Shown: piece after piece, positions 1-12,082 of the stretch
Position numbering within the stretch: the first letter of the stretch is position 1
Layout of the letters: the number at the start of each line of letters is the position of its first letter
Assembly (NCBI GenBank): GCA_052327205.1
Contig: CM126223.1
Location: 59,396,001-59,460,000 of the forward strand
From: Somniosus microcephalus
Taxonomy: Eukaryota
DNA length: 64,000 nucleotides
Direction: 5' to 3'
Notes under the pieces: model-generated
Told to the model about the DNA's origin: nothing
Seen by the model: only the letters and a program-made list of their open reading frames with translations
Database searches by the model: none
Made by a program: the position numbers and the translations under genes

Positions 1-704
1 TACTCATTTATTTATTTTGCTTTAATCTGCCATCCAGAGTCACAATTTGACCTCGCTGGAGAAATCCTTGAAACCCGAGAGTAAAATCAAATTTTCCTTG
101 AGCGTGTGGGGGGAAAAAAAACCAAATCACGTCTTGGGTCTTCCACTTGGCTGTAATCCCGGTGGAAGTGTGGCGGGGTGGGGTGGCTCTCTCCCAGCTG
201 TAAGCAAGTGTCCTTAACCCATGTCAAGTAAATTGATTTGGGGGTGCTCTGGGCGGGGGGTGGCAGGAGACTGGCATCAGGGGGCCCACTGCATTGTAGA
301 ACGGCTGGCAGCCCCAAGGGCAACTGAAGAGCGGGGAGAATTTTAAATCACGGTGCTGGGGAGCTGAATCGATCACCCTGCGGTTTTTAAATTGCCTGCA
401 ACAATAGTGGACATCAGGAATCCAAAGAAATCCCTTTCCCCCACCACTGTTGTGCAAATAACAGGATATACTTCATGTGATGTATTCTGCCTCCCCCCAT
501 TGTTCAAATAACAGGAAATGCTTACTGTTTTGTATTCTGTCATTTGGGGTCTAATTATAACTCATCTGTCCATATTTGGGTGCATGCCTTACACGCCCAG
601 CAACACTTCTGGTGAAAAATGCCAGGAAAGCCCTGTGCAAGCAGGAAACCGGCAGAGAGACGCCCAAATAATTTCCCAACGCACTCAACAACACAGCTTG
701 CACT

Positions 705-905
705 GATCTAGAGCCTTTAGCGTAGGAAAACTCTCCCAAGGCACTTCACGGAAGCGTAATCAGATTAAAACAGACACCGCAGCCAAAGGAGATATTCGGA
801 GGGGTGGCCTCAAAGCTTGGTCAAAGAGGTAGGTGTTAAGGAACATCTTAAAGGAGGAGAGAGAGAGGTGGCATGGTTCAGGGAGCCAATTCCAGGGCTT
901 AGGGC
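705..905 (-). mobile_element. L2-type LINE 3' end fragment (old)
   Basis: Reverse complement of the L2 tail also seen at 27874-28104 and 53960-54550 (aaggagatatt...aaagcttggtcaaagaggtagg...ttaaaggagg). Confidence 0.6.
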
Positions 906-994
906 TTATAAGTATAGGGCCTTAAAGAACGAGAGAGAGTTGGACCATGGACAGTATCCAGAAGATCTTGAGCTGTGTTGATCCTCCTTTTTTT

Positions 995-1146
995 AAATTC
1001 GTTTATGGGATGTGGGCGTCGCTGGCAAGGCCAGCATTTATTGCCCATCCCTAATTGCCCTCGAGAAGGTGGTGGTGGTAAGCCATCTTCTTGAACCGCT
1101 GCAGTCCGTGTGGTGAAGGTGCTCCCACGGTGCTGTTAGGGAGGGA
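995..1146 (-). mobile_element. CR1/L2-group non-LTR retrotransposon 3' end fragment
   Basis: Near-identical to 41733-41880 (ggatgtgggcgtcgctggcaaggccagcatttattgcccatccctaattgccc); encodes ...NSTVGAPSPHGLQRFKK...HHHLLEGN*. Confidence 0.75.
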
Positions 1147-1607
1147 TTTGCTGGACCGGTTTTTAGAAACAGTCTTACCTTTTTGGCAGAAGAAGGTAGC
1201 TGCTGGCAGATGCTTCTCAGATCCTCTAAGCTGAGGGGGACCACCACGATGGCTTGCTTGCAATGGAGACCAATGCGTTTTGGCTTCTGCCAAAGAGGAG
1301 ACCCAGGAAAATGAGGCGGGCAGTATGCTAACGTCACTCCCACCTCATTGCCATGGTACTTAAATGTTGCCTCTAACCCCAGGTGAAAGCACTCCACAAC
1401 CACCCTCCTGCACCCCCCCCCCCCCACCCCCCCTACAAGCGCACCTGAAGCACTTGCCTGGTGTAACAGATCAGCACCCCTCCCCCTTTTTTCTTTTGCT
1501 TTGTGCCTGAGAAATCGATGTATTCATGCGCAAAGCAGAGGAAAAGTGGCTGCATAAAGTTTCAGTCAATGTTGCCATGAACTTGTCTCCAGCTGCAAAT
1601 ACCAACA

Positions 1608-1905
1608 AATCATAGAATCGTAGAAATTTACAGCACGGAAGGAGGCTATTTCAGCCCACCTTGTCCGTGCCGGCCCACAAAGAGCTCTCCAGCCTAATCC
1701 CACTTTCCAGCACTTGGTCCATAGCCCTGCAGGTTACGGCACTTCAAGTGTGCATCCAAGCACTTTTTAAATGTGGTAAGGGTTTCTGCCTCTACCACCT
1801 TTTCAGGCAGTGAGTTCCAGACCACCCACCACCCTCTGGGTGAAGAAATTTCCCCTCAAATCTCCTCTAAATCGCCGACCAATTACTTTAAATCCATGTC
1901 TTGGT
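1608..1905 (-). mobile_element. CR1 (HER1-type) LINE 3' fragment
   Basis: Repeat tail catagaatcgtagaa; antisense of the CR1 C-terminal FFTQRVV motif (accctctgggtgaagaaa). Confidence 0.8.
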
Positions 1906-2119
1906 GTTCTGATTCAGAATGTATCCACCAATGCAACTGCTCAGAATAGCCCTTTGCAAACTTCCAGAACCATGAAATTCAAACGGAACAATTCAGAGAG
2001 CAAGAGATAGAAGCAAGTTGGCCAGGCCGTGCGAGGTTGACGTGTCCCGTAGTTGGGACACTTTTCCAATACATGCATTCAAGTCTTGCTCAGACATTGG
2101 ATTCAACGAGAGCTAAGAG

Positions 2120-2123
<4 letters not shown>

Positions 2124-2170
<47 letters not shown>
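2124..2170. repeat. (CT)n microsatellite
   Basis: Perfect CT run of ~47 bp. Confidence 0.95.
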
Positions 2171-2171
<1 letters not shown>

Positions 2172-2215
2172 AGTCTCCCACTAATACACAAATGATTCCA
2201 ACCCCCCTTATATTT

Positions 2216-2716
2216 ATAGAGTCATAGAGTTATACAGCACAGAAAGAGGCCCTTTGGCCCATCGTGTCCGTGCCGGCCGTCAAGCCCTGTCTATTCTAAT
2301 CCCATTTTCCAGCATTTGGTCCGTAGCCTTGTATGTTATGGCATTTCAAGTGCTCATCTAAATGCTTCTTGAATGTTGTGAGGGTTCCTGACTCTACCAC
2401 CCTATCAGGCAGTGAGTTCCAGATTCCAACCACCCTCTGGGTGAAAAAGTTTTTCCTCAAATCCCCTCTAAACCTCCTGGCCCTTACCTTGAAACTATGC
2501 CCCCTGGTTATTGACCCCTCTACTAAGGGGAAACGTTCCTTTCTATCTACCCTATCTATGCCCCTCATAATTTTGTACACCTCAATCAGGTCCCCCCCTC
2601 AGCCGTCTCTGCTCTAAGGAAAACAACCCCAGCCTGTCCAGTCTCGCTTCATAGCTGAAGCGCTCCAGGCCAGGTAACATCCTGGTGAATCTCCTCTGCA
2701 CCCTTTCTGCATCCAT
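2216..2716 (-). mobile_element. CR1 (HER1-type) LINE 3' fragment
   Basis: ORFs 2296-2580 and 2582-2767 encode the CR1 ORF2 C-terminus (ERVQRRFTRMLPGL, LFSLEQRRLRG, FFTQRVVGIWNSLP). Confidence 0.92.
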
Positions 2717-2967
2717 CTTGTACCACATTTCCAGGCAAAAGTAACACGACAGTGAAGCAGAATCCATAAGTTAGGACGTCCCAAAGCACTTTACAGCCAA
2801 TGAATGCTTTGGAAGTGTAATCACTGTTGTAATATAGGGATAGAAGAATATTCAGGGGCATGGGGAGTGAGCTGGAGTGTGAGCTTGGACTATGTGGCTT
2901 GTGTGGAGTGAAATACTGGCGCAGACTTAATGGGCTATTTCATGTAACATTCTGCGTCTCTGTGACA

Positions 2968-3112
2968 GCACAGGTGAGGTAATTTAATCCGGTTTTACTG
3001 TTTTTGAACGGTTTGATCGGAATGCGGCTGTGGGCTTCCTCAAGTTTCACAACACCTGCTTAACACACAATAGGGCAACACACCTCTTAGATGCTCTTTA
3101 TTTCTCCTTTAG
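2968..3112. repeat. Dispersed duplicated block, copy A (paralog at 60487-60634)
   Basis: Direct comparison: core ~95% identical to 60487-60634, same orientation. Confidence 0.9.
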
Positions 3113-3771
3113 CGTCTCTTCCTAAGTCTTTCTTTTTTCTGTTCGTATTTCAGATTTCTGTTTTCCATTTCATCCCACACCCCCTTTCCACCATTGAGGC
3201 ATTTTGTGGCATTCACCCATTCCCAGGTGGGAAGGTTGAGAACCAGTGACTGCCTCTAGACCTGCAGGGCCCATGGGAAAAACAAACATTTACCTTTTAC
3301 TACCATGGTTTAAACAAATCTACTTCACAAGTACTTTTTTTTTATCTCTATGAAACCTGAAATGGCCATTTTTCTCATCGTTCCCCTTCTCTTCTCAAAC
3401 AGCTCTGTAAGTCCCAAAGGTTTAAATCTTTTTCCTGTTGACACCAACACGAGAGATGGCAGGTGACATCTGCTGTCATTAGTGCCCACAACAGCATTTA
3501 GCAGCTTTTAACATGTGTGCGTTTGACGTTTGCTTCGATATACAAAGAATCTCAATAAAGAGACTTGTCACGACTGAGTGCAGAGACCTGACAAGCCCAG
3601 CTCAGTAAGCGCATCCCATTATTGCAACTCCTCTGTCTGGCTCCCTTTGTGACTGTTGGTCTCGGTTTCTTTCCCTTCTCCAATTTGCTGCCCTCCTAAA
3701 GCCACTGGCTCACGCTGGCATTTGTTCCATGGGCCCTGGCATGCTTCAGGTACCTTGACCAAGTGTCAACC

Positions 3772-4222
3772 ATGGCTCAGTGGGTAGCACTCTCTCACCT
3801 TTAAGTCAGACGGTTGTGGGTTCAAGTCCCACTCCAGAGACTCGAGCACAAAAATCTAGGCTGACACTCCAGTGCAGCGCTGAGGGAGTGCGGCACTGTC
3901 GGAAGTGCCGTCTCTCGGATGAGACGTTAAACCGAGGCCCTGTCTTCTCTCTCAGGTGGATGTAAAGATCCCGCGGCACTGTATCTTAAGAGAAGGGGAT
4001 CTGTTCCTGGTGTCCTGGCCAATATTTATTCCTCAATCAACATCACTAAAACAGATGATCTGGTCACTATCACATTGCTATTTGTGGGAGCTTGCTGTGC
4101 GCAATTGGCTGCCGCGTTTCCTACCTTACAATGGTGCCTCCAGCAAGTACTTCATTGGCTGTAAAGCGCTTTGGGATATCCTGAGGTCGTGAAAGGCGCT
4201 ATATAAATGCAAGTCTTTCTTT
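3772..4222 (+). mobile_element. tRNA-head Deu-domain SINE (SacSINE1/DeuSINE-type)
   Basis: A box tggctcagtgg, B box ggttcaagtcc, Deu core gtgccgtctctcggatgagacgttaaaccgagg, L2-like tail ggcgctatataaatgcaagtctttct. Confidence 0.88.
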
Positions 4223-5496
4223 TCTTTCCAAGTTGCCAATCTTCATGTGTGAGCCTAGAAAGCCAGTGTTGGCAATACAACCGAGGGGAGACTGGGGCCA
4301 GCCCGATCCTGCCTTCACCCAACATCCACACGTGGGTACTTCCCACTGGATATGGATCGGGTGCAGGAAACCTAGCTGATTTTTCTCTTCCCTAGCCTGA
4401 GCTGAAGCCAATTCTAGCCTCCCTATCCCAGCTGTGAGCCACTAACTCAGTGCAGATCAGGGGCTTAAATAGGACCCTTCCTGGGAAGGTGGTTCAGTTC
4501 CACATTGCCAGCTGAGCCTTTGGGGAAGCCAATTATTTGCTTTTAATCCATATTTCCATCAAAATGTTGTGCCTTAAAGACAGACTAGACTCTGGGGTTT
4601 GGAAAAAAAACCTCATAGTATTGCATATGCAAAAAATAAATGTTATCATTAAACTTTTTTTCTTCTTTTATTATATTCTTACTTTATCTGTTCAATTTTC
4701 TCCCTTCCCTTAGAATCATAGAAATTTCTGACACAGAAGGAGGCCATTCGGCCCATCGTGTTCCCTTCTCTTCTAAAGGCATTAATGTTTTGGGGTTATG
4801 GTTCCATGGGCACCGCGTTCCCACCTGTGTCTTGCCAAAATAGCCGTTATTGACACGCGGGCCTTGACGGTGAGTGCTAGCAGGCTATTTCACCACAGGG
4901 GGCATCACAGTCAAGTCCAACCGTGGCCTTGCCTGAGTTCCACGCGTGCACTTTCAGCAAGTGCTACTGGATAGTGATCAGGAGCAGAAACCCTGGCCAA
5001 CCTTTCCCACCTCTAAACTGATGCCAGCTCCAGTGCCGCGACCACCGCCCTGGCTAAGAACAGCTATCTCGCCATAGACCAGGGATTGAAGCTGCAACCT
5101 CCCTGATCTGTAAAGCTTAGCTACTCACTGAGTCATCGGGGGAAGCTCTCTCTCTCTTTCACATCTTTGTTTTTATTTGAAGTCCAGTTGCAGGCAATAA
5201 ATAGTATTCTAGCTCGCTGGCCAGGAGTGTTTTAGTTTTTCAAGACAGCCAAACAAGACACCTTGCAACTTGTCAAGAGCTGACGAAAATTGTTACCTCG
5301 TTCTCTCTCCACCGCCTCTCAGGATCACTCTGAAGTTTTCATGGAAACACAGTTGGAATCATTAGAGTGATCCCCAGATAATAAAAAAAAGCTGACTTGT
5401 ATAAGCAATATAAGCCAATGTCCCTGACAATGGTTAATCCAAAAGGTGAGCCAACAATTGATGTCAACAATTACAGACTATAACCTCGGACCCTAT

Positions 5497-6317
5497 GGGC
5501 TGGATTTTGTGAATGGGAAGCTTTTGGAGGCAGGACTGCTGCTTGCCCGGTTTCAGTCCCGCCTCCGTCAGCTTCTGGCCAACCAGCGGGATTTTCCCCT
5601 GATTGACCTTCTTAAGCCCGCCCAGCGGGCTCAGCAGGCCAATTAAGGGGGAAGTCAGTGACAGAGCACGTCAGCGTATGACGTGTCATCTGTCAAGAAT
5701 TTTTGAAAGAAGAAATGTCAGCATTGACAGCTCTGTGAAGCTGTCAAACACTGACATTCTGTGTGGTTTGATGAATCCTTGTGTTCAGGGCTCATCAAAC
5801 CTATTAACTTTGCAGAAATCACCTGGCTGTTGGTTCGGAGGATCCAACAGCCAGTCTGTGAAATCTACAATGGAGATGTCGGGACTCCGGCTCCACAGCG
5901 GCTGAAGGCTGTAGGCAGAAACAAAGGTAAGTAAACATTTTCTAACACTTTACACTCACCTTACATACTTACCACTCCACACTTGCACCCATCACTCACC
6001 TCTACATTGCACTTTCAGACCCCTCTGACCCCCAAAGACCTCCTACTCGCCTCCTACACCCCGGCGGGGTTCTCCGAGGTCAGGAAGCCTGCACTTCAGA
6101 TGGAAAAATGGGGCTAATCCTATTTTCGGCCTGTTAACAGGCAGTTAATAGGATTTAATCCCTTTCCCGCCTCGAGGAGATGGGACCCGGGGCAGGATGG
6201 CTTCCCGCCTCCTGGCAAAAGGGCACGGAGGCAGGGTGGACCCACCCCCAAATTCTGCAACTTTACCGGCAGTCCTGCCTCCATATCCGCCTCCTCGGGG
6301 CTGAGAAAATCCAGCCC
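5497..6317. mobile_element. PIF/Harbinger-type MITE, family A
   Basis: TIR GGGCTGGATTTT...AAAATCCAGCCC, 3-bp TSD TAT, internal similarity to the other family A copies. Confidence 0.85.
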
Positions 6318-6374
6318 TATATTTTTTTATGGTTTTAATTTTTTTCTCTTTTCTCTCTCACATGGCAGCTGTTG

Positions 6375-6690
6375 ATGATTCTACCATTGCCATTTACACC
6401 TCATCTAGACTCATCTTTTGTTTCTGAACTTGTCCCATTACCATCTTCTTTTGCCTTGCACCATCATCCCTTTCATTGTTTAATCTCTCCTGCCTTCCAC
6501 CCTATCACAGACCTTCCCTTTTATTCTTTCCTCCCTTCCCCCCTTTTCCTTGCCCCTACACTTGCTTAAAAATGTTACATCTCTAACTTTTTCCAGTTCT
6601 GACGAAGGGTCATCGACCTGCAGCTCTGCTTCTCTCTCTGCAGATGCTGGCTGACCTGCTGCGTATTTCCAGCATTTTTCGTTTTTATAA
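6375..6690 (+). mobile_element. Penelope-like element terminal fragment with degenerate hammerhead motif
   Basis: Homologous to 35623-36742; AGTT-CTGACGA-agggtcatcgacct with the GAAAC core missing. Confidence 0.65.
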
Positions 6691-8718
6691 CTGATGTCAT
6701 TCACTTGACTGGTTAACTTAGCTTGAGTGCCAAGCAGCCCTGGGACTCCCAGCCTTCCAGTGGGGTCTGAAGCATTCCCTACTTGAGCTGCCAGCAGGCT
6801 ACTAGAATACCCACCACCACTCCATCCCGCCCCCTTCGAGAGTCATCTTGGTTCGAATTTACTGAACGTAACTTTGGTTAGTAGGAGGCCAATGGAATGT
6901 ACCAAGCAGACATCTTGGGGTGAATTTCCACCGGGGTTCTCCTGTAACTTTGATGGAAGAGCCATGGAGATCCTGAAAGTAGGGCTAAGTGATGAACCCC
7001 ATTATTTTAGCGCAACGTTACGTGGTCTCTAACTACTCAGGCTTAGGGAGTCTCACCACCAGCATCACTTTTAAAAGGTAAAATGACAAATTATAATTAA
7101 CCACCTTATTTTGGCTTGTCTTTGAATTTTGAAATAATGCTTTTGTTTAAACAGGTGATGTTCGTGACATCATCACGAAGTTGGGCTGGAGCAGTTAATG
7201 AAGCTAATGGCTTAAGGACACAGAATTAACACCAGTAGGCACAGCCATTACTCTGTAGCTACAGTACTTCAATGTTCTTGTCACTTGTGAAAACACATGT
7301 AAACATTGGATAACGGGCTCCAAACACAGTTCTGTATATAGAACAGAGAGAATTTAATAATAACTATTAATAATGATGATTCAAGCCAGCAATTGCAACA
7401 ATATTTTGCCTTTTCTCTCTCTCTTTTTTTCTCCCTTTCTTTCTCCCTCTCTCTTTCTCTGTCTCATCAGCACCTTCTAGGCCCAACTTCCCCATCCTTG
7501 GGGGTGGGAGGAGCCACACATTCCCCTCCCAAAGCCCAGTTCCTCAAGATCACTACACACATCAAGTGTTCATACTGATGTAGCTTCCTCATGATTTCAG
7601 ACAGCGCATATCCTCTTAAGCCAGACTAATGTCATGAGTACTCCCTATTCAAACAAAACACCAGCAGAAATCTACAATGTTTTAAAAATCTTTGAATTAA
7701 TAGTGTAATCGCGGCCTCCAGCACCTTGAAATCAATGGGTAGCATTGTAATCGTAAGGCCTCTTATTAATTGTTTCAGAGGTGGTGCTGTAACCTCGCTG
7801 TCAGGCTATTAACCAAAGAACTCTGACTAGCCATGAGCAAGGCTATAGGGGATTCACTAGTTTATATAAATAATAAAGTATTGCATCCAGCATGCACTCT
7901 CACACTCCAGATATTACCATTCCAAGTCTCACGCTTTGTTACAGATGCAAAAACAATCTTAAAAAAGAGAAAGGAAATCAGCTGCTTCTTGCTGGGTTCT
8001 TCTGACCTGAAGTTTACAAGCATTTTCCAACCTGCAAAATTCCCTCACCAACTCTGAGAATTCAACTCTGATTGACCAGAGGCTGCGTTTACTTAACACT
8101 TTGACGTTGCAGCTTTAAAGGGACATGGCTCCGCCTTAGCAGCAGAGTAGTACATTGTTGAAACAGATGGTTTCAGACTTCTATCCTGCTAAAACCTGCA
8201 TAACCTACAACGAGCAACGCCACAAGATTTCCCTTAGTAGACTGAAAAAAAAAGAAAGTAATCTTCCTTTACCATTTCTTTTTAAACGGCACTGATGGTG
8301 AGTCTTCCTCTTTATATAACAGTTAACACTTTCAGAGATTAAATATAAAATCTTCCCGTGCTTCCGTCATTCTGAATTCACATGCAAGCTGGAGCATTTA
8401 ATGTGAAGAAAATTTAAGGCTACTGTTTAGTTTCTTTCCCATTTTCCTACTCTTTTCTCCCCTCCTCCCTCGCCTGCTAGGTTCAGTTCCATTGCAGATT
8501 CTTACTCGAGTGGCGATTTTATTTGTTTTCCTATTTCAGCCTGGACCGTGAGTGCTGGCAGGCTAGTTAATGGAGGAGCACATCACATTTGAGCTCCATC
8601 CTTTTCTCACTTGATGCCCTCATGCTTACGTTCCAGGGGCGATTAGGAGTTGGAACTCTCCCTGATTATTCCTGCCTCTGGTCAAGGGAAGGGGAGGGGC
8701 AGCAACTGATTTACCAAC

Positions 8719-9033
8719 CTAGCTTTGGGGAGTCAGGAGGTGAGACACTCGTTGCAGAATACCCAGCCCCTGACCTGCTCTTGTAGCCATAGTATTTATG
8801 TGGCTGGTCCAGTTAAGTTTCTGGTCAATGGTGACCCCCAGGATGTTGATGTTGGGGGATTCTGTGATGGTAATGCAGTTGAATGTCAAGGGGCGGTGGT
8901 TAGACTCTCTTTTGTTGGAGATAGTCATTGCCTGGCACTTGTGTGGTACGAATGTTACTTGCCGCTTATCAGCCCAAGCCTGAACGTCGTCCAGGTCTTG
9001 CTGCATGCGGGCACGGACTGCTTCATTATCTGA
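8719..9033 (-). mobile_element. CR1/L2-group LINE RT fragment
   Basis: Encodes MQQDLDDVQAWADK..TFVPHKCQAMTIS..ILGVTIDQKLNWTSHI (RT thumb region). Confidence 0.85.
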
Positions 9034-9035
9034 TT

Positions 9036-9305
9036 GTAGTAAGACTTCCTTACTCTTGTACTTCAACCCCCTTGCAATAAAGACCAACATTTGCCTTCCT
9101 AATTGCTTGCTGTACCTGGAAGAATGAGGAGAGGCAATATAAACTAAATGGTACAATTTTAAAGGGGGTGCAGGAACAGAGAGGCTTGGAGTGTATGTAC
9201 ACAAATCTTTGAAGGTGGTGGGGAAAGTTGAGAAGGCTGTTAAAGCATATGGGATCCTTGGCTTTATTTATAGGGGCACAGAGTGCAAAAGCAAGGAAGG
9301 CAAAG
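9036..9305. mobile_element. Two short CR1 fragments in opposite orientation
   Basis: 9036-9118 is antisense QVQQAIRKAN...EYKSKEV; 9115-9305 is sense YKLNGTILKGVQEQR...GFI.RGTECKSKE. Confidence 0.7.
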
Positions 9306-10681
9306 TGCCGATGAGGGCAGTGGACTGAAAAGACAACGTGGGTTTGGTGAAGTAGGATGATTTGTGATGACGAGCATGGTGAGGGGGAATAAAATGATCT
9401 GATGAGGTGAATAGTGGCCAAAAAAAGTGTCCCACAATCAATGACTTCATTTCACAGTTGGCCACCAAGGCAGATCAAGGCTATTAGGTAATCTGGTTGG
9501 TGGCCAACTGTGAAAACATTCATTTGGGTAAGCTGGGTGAAGCGGTGGATTTAGCACATCATCCTTTCTACTTCTGTCTAATGGGTTTAATTCCGCCTAG
9601 GCTGCTGGACTGAAAGTCTCTTCCCTCTGTGCATTGTGAGAGCCGTAAGTGAATTGAATATGGGCAACGTCAACCCACTTCATAGTGGGCATGAGGCCAG
9701 AGCACAAAAACTGCCTATAATTCAGAATTAATTGCCATCAAATGTGCCATTTTATACAGAGGGGATAAAAAGACAGCTGGTTTGGGATATTAAAGGGAAA
9801 ATAAATCACTCTGATGCTCCTGAGTTTGGGGTTAAGGTACATTATTGGAGAGTGAAAGGTGCTTTAATCTGCACTTGGCCTTTGCTGAACCTGATGTAGG
9901 AGTGACTGATGCTGACACTGGACGCCAACATTTGGAAAAGTGTCCCATTCCCCAGCATAAAATTCACACTTGCCCCTTCAAAAAAATTTAAATGATATAT
10001 TTAACATCAAGTTAAACCACACAGAACAGAGAAAGGGATCTGTGGAATATTGCATCCGAATAACTGGCTTGAATATGCACTGTGCAAAAGGAATCATTAA
10101 TGTGTGTAGAGTAATCATTAAACAGCCGATTCCTTCAGTGCTGAGGAGCGTGAAATGCACCTGTATTGACCGCGGTTCACGTACGGGCAGAGATTAGCCG
10201 ACGTGTGTGGAGAGCTTTAATGTCCCCTGTCAGGATCAATGCGCTTCAAAAGATTGGAAAACCTGTGACAGAGGGTCTCTGAGGGCTCGTGAATGGAAAG
10301 TCGGTGCAGCAGAGACAGCTGTAAAATCAATACTTTCCACCTGAGAGACGGTGACAGGAGGATCTCTGCTGCAACCAGCAAAGCTTTGGGGACCTGGAAA
10401 TGCCAGGAGTTGAGCTGTCGTGGCATTGTATAGAATGAGAAACATGTTCAACTCCTGTTGGACTTGTTTCAGTCAGTGAGGTTTTTTGTTTTGTTTTGTA
10501 TTACTTCCAGCTGGTTTGTTTTTATTCAGACATCACACATGTGAAAACTGCTTTTCTGTGCTTTTTTGACCAGTGGATATCCTTGAAGCTAGAAAGAGAT
10601 CTCCATACCGATCTACTACCTTTTTTTTACTTCATTTTCCCTTCTAAACAATCATCACTTTGGTCTTCTTCCAGTTGCTGC

Positions 10682-10855
10682 TAACATAGGAGCAGGAGGA
10701 GGCCATTCAGCCCCTCGAGCCGGTTCCGCCATTCAATGAGATCATGGCTGATCTGCGACCTAACTCCGTATACCTGCCTCTGGCCCATATCCCTTAATAC
10801 CTTTGGTTAACAAAAATCTATCAGTCTCGGATTTAAAATTAACAACTGATCTAGC
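10682..10855 (-). mobile_element. CR1 3' UTR fragment
   Basis: ataggagcaggaggaggccattcagcccctcgagcc...gatcatggctgatct matches other CR1 3' ends in the window. Confidence 0.8.
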
Positions 10856-12082
10856 ACCTTTGTTTTCCCACTTCTTGGTAAGGACTACAGTTTGTGGATT
10901 AGGTTGGATTGTGTGTTTTTCATTTTTATAATGGCCCAAATGACTTTACAGAAACAACCTAATCACAAAATCTTAACGAGGTCTTTAACCAATTTGTAAG
11001 TTAGATATTTTTATAAGTCTTGTTTTTTTTTAAAAACTGCTTTATTTTTCTTTCTCTATTTTGAAGGCACGTATGCTTGGCTGAGAGTGAAGAACCTGCA
11101 CCTTAAACCCTGTAGCTATTGAGCGAGCTACTAGGAGATGTACAAGGACTCCTTGAGGTGACTCAAGTGCCCTGTGGGAGACGAGGCGAGGCAAGGTGTG
11201 AGTTGCTGACAGGGTGGGCAAACTGGTAGGAGAATCAACTCTCGCTGTTTGTGTGAATCTCCTTGTGGTTGGCTACAGAATGACACCTGGCAGAAGCCTG
11301 AGCGTGTGTCACGGGCTGGTCTGCCCCGCCAGCTGAGAATGTATGTATGGGTCAACACTAGTTATGGGAGAGCAAGTAACTAGAATAAGGGGGGGGGAGA
11401 GGACCTTCAGTGTCTTGCCTCATTGGCACATCCTTCTTGTGAAATCTCAAAGGATATCTGTGCAAAGTCATAAGACAACCTCTGTTGCTTTTCCTTCACA
11501 AATTCCTCCAATACTCACCATTAAAATGAGTTCAAGATTAAAAGAAAATTAATTCTGAGTGTGTTAGCGTGCCAACCATGTCATTAGATTACATCAAAAA
11601 AAATGGGAACATGAGAGAGCGATCAAAATCTATCTTGACCCAGCCAGAATGAGTTTTCCCAACAGACCCACAGTCCCAATGTTTTGTCAGTGGCAAGCTG
11701 AGATACCAGCTAGTGTCAAATCATCTCGCAGAAAGAAGAGCTTCTTTTGTTTTATTCAAAGTACATTAATTAAATACAGGGATGAAACGTCCCTATTACT
11801 GCACTGTAATGTGTTTTGGGACTAGAGGCGAATCCACGAAGGGCTTTGCTGCATTCAGGCCCGAACCTCTGATTAGAACCTCAGTCTCAGGACACTGTGA
11901 GGTGCACTAATCTATCATAAATGGACAAATTCTTGATGCAGGCAGCGTCATTTCAGTGTCAAATAAATATCACTTTTTTGGAGTGCGTTTGGCGGTTGGA
12001 GCGTACTGAATGTGTTTTGGAAATTTCAGGGATTTGGCAAATTTCCCTTTTCATATACCATTGGCTCCATAATCATATCTGT

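Noticed and set aside
3772-3840. tRNA genes (also at 40740, 54562 and 63221)
   Set aside because: The A/B boxes run straight into SINE bodies and tails; no complete cloverleaf or Pol III terminator
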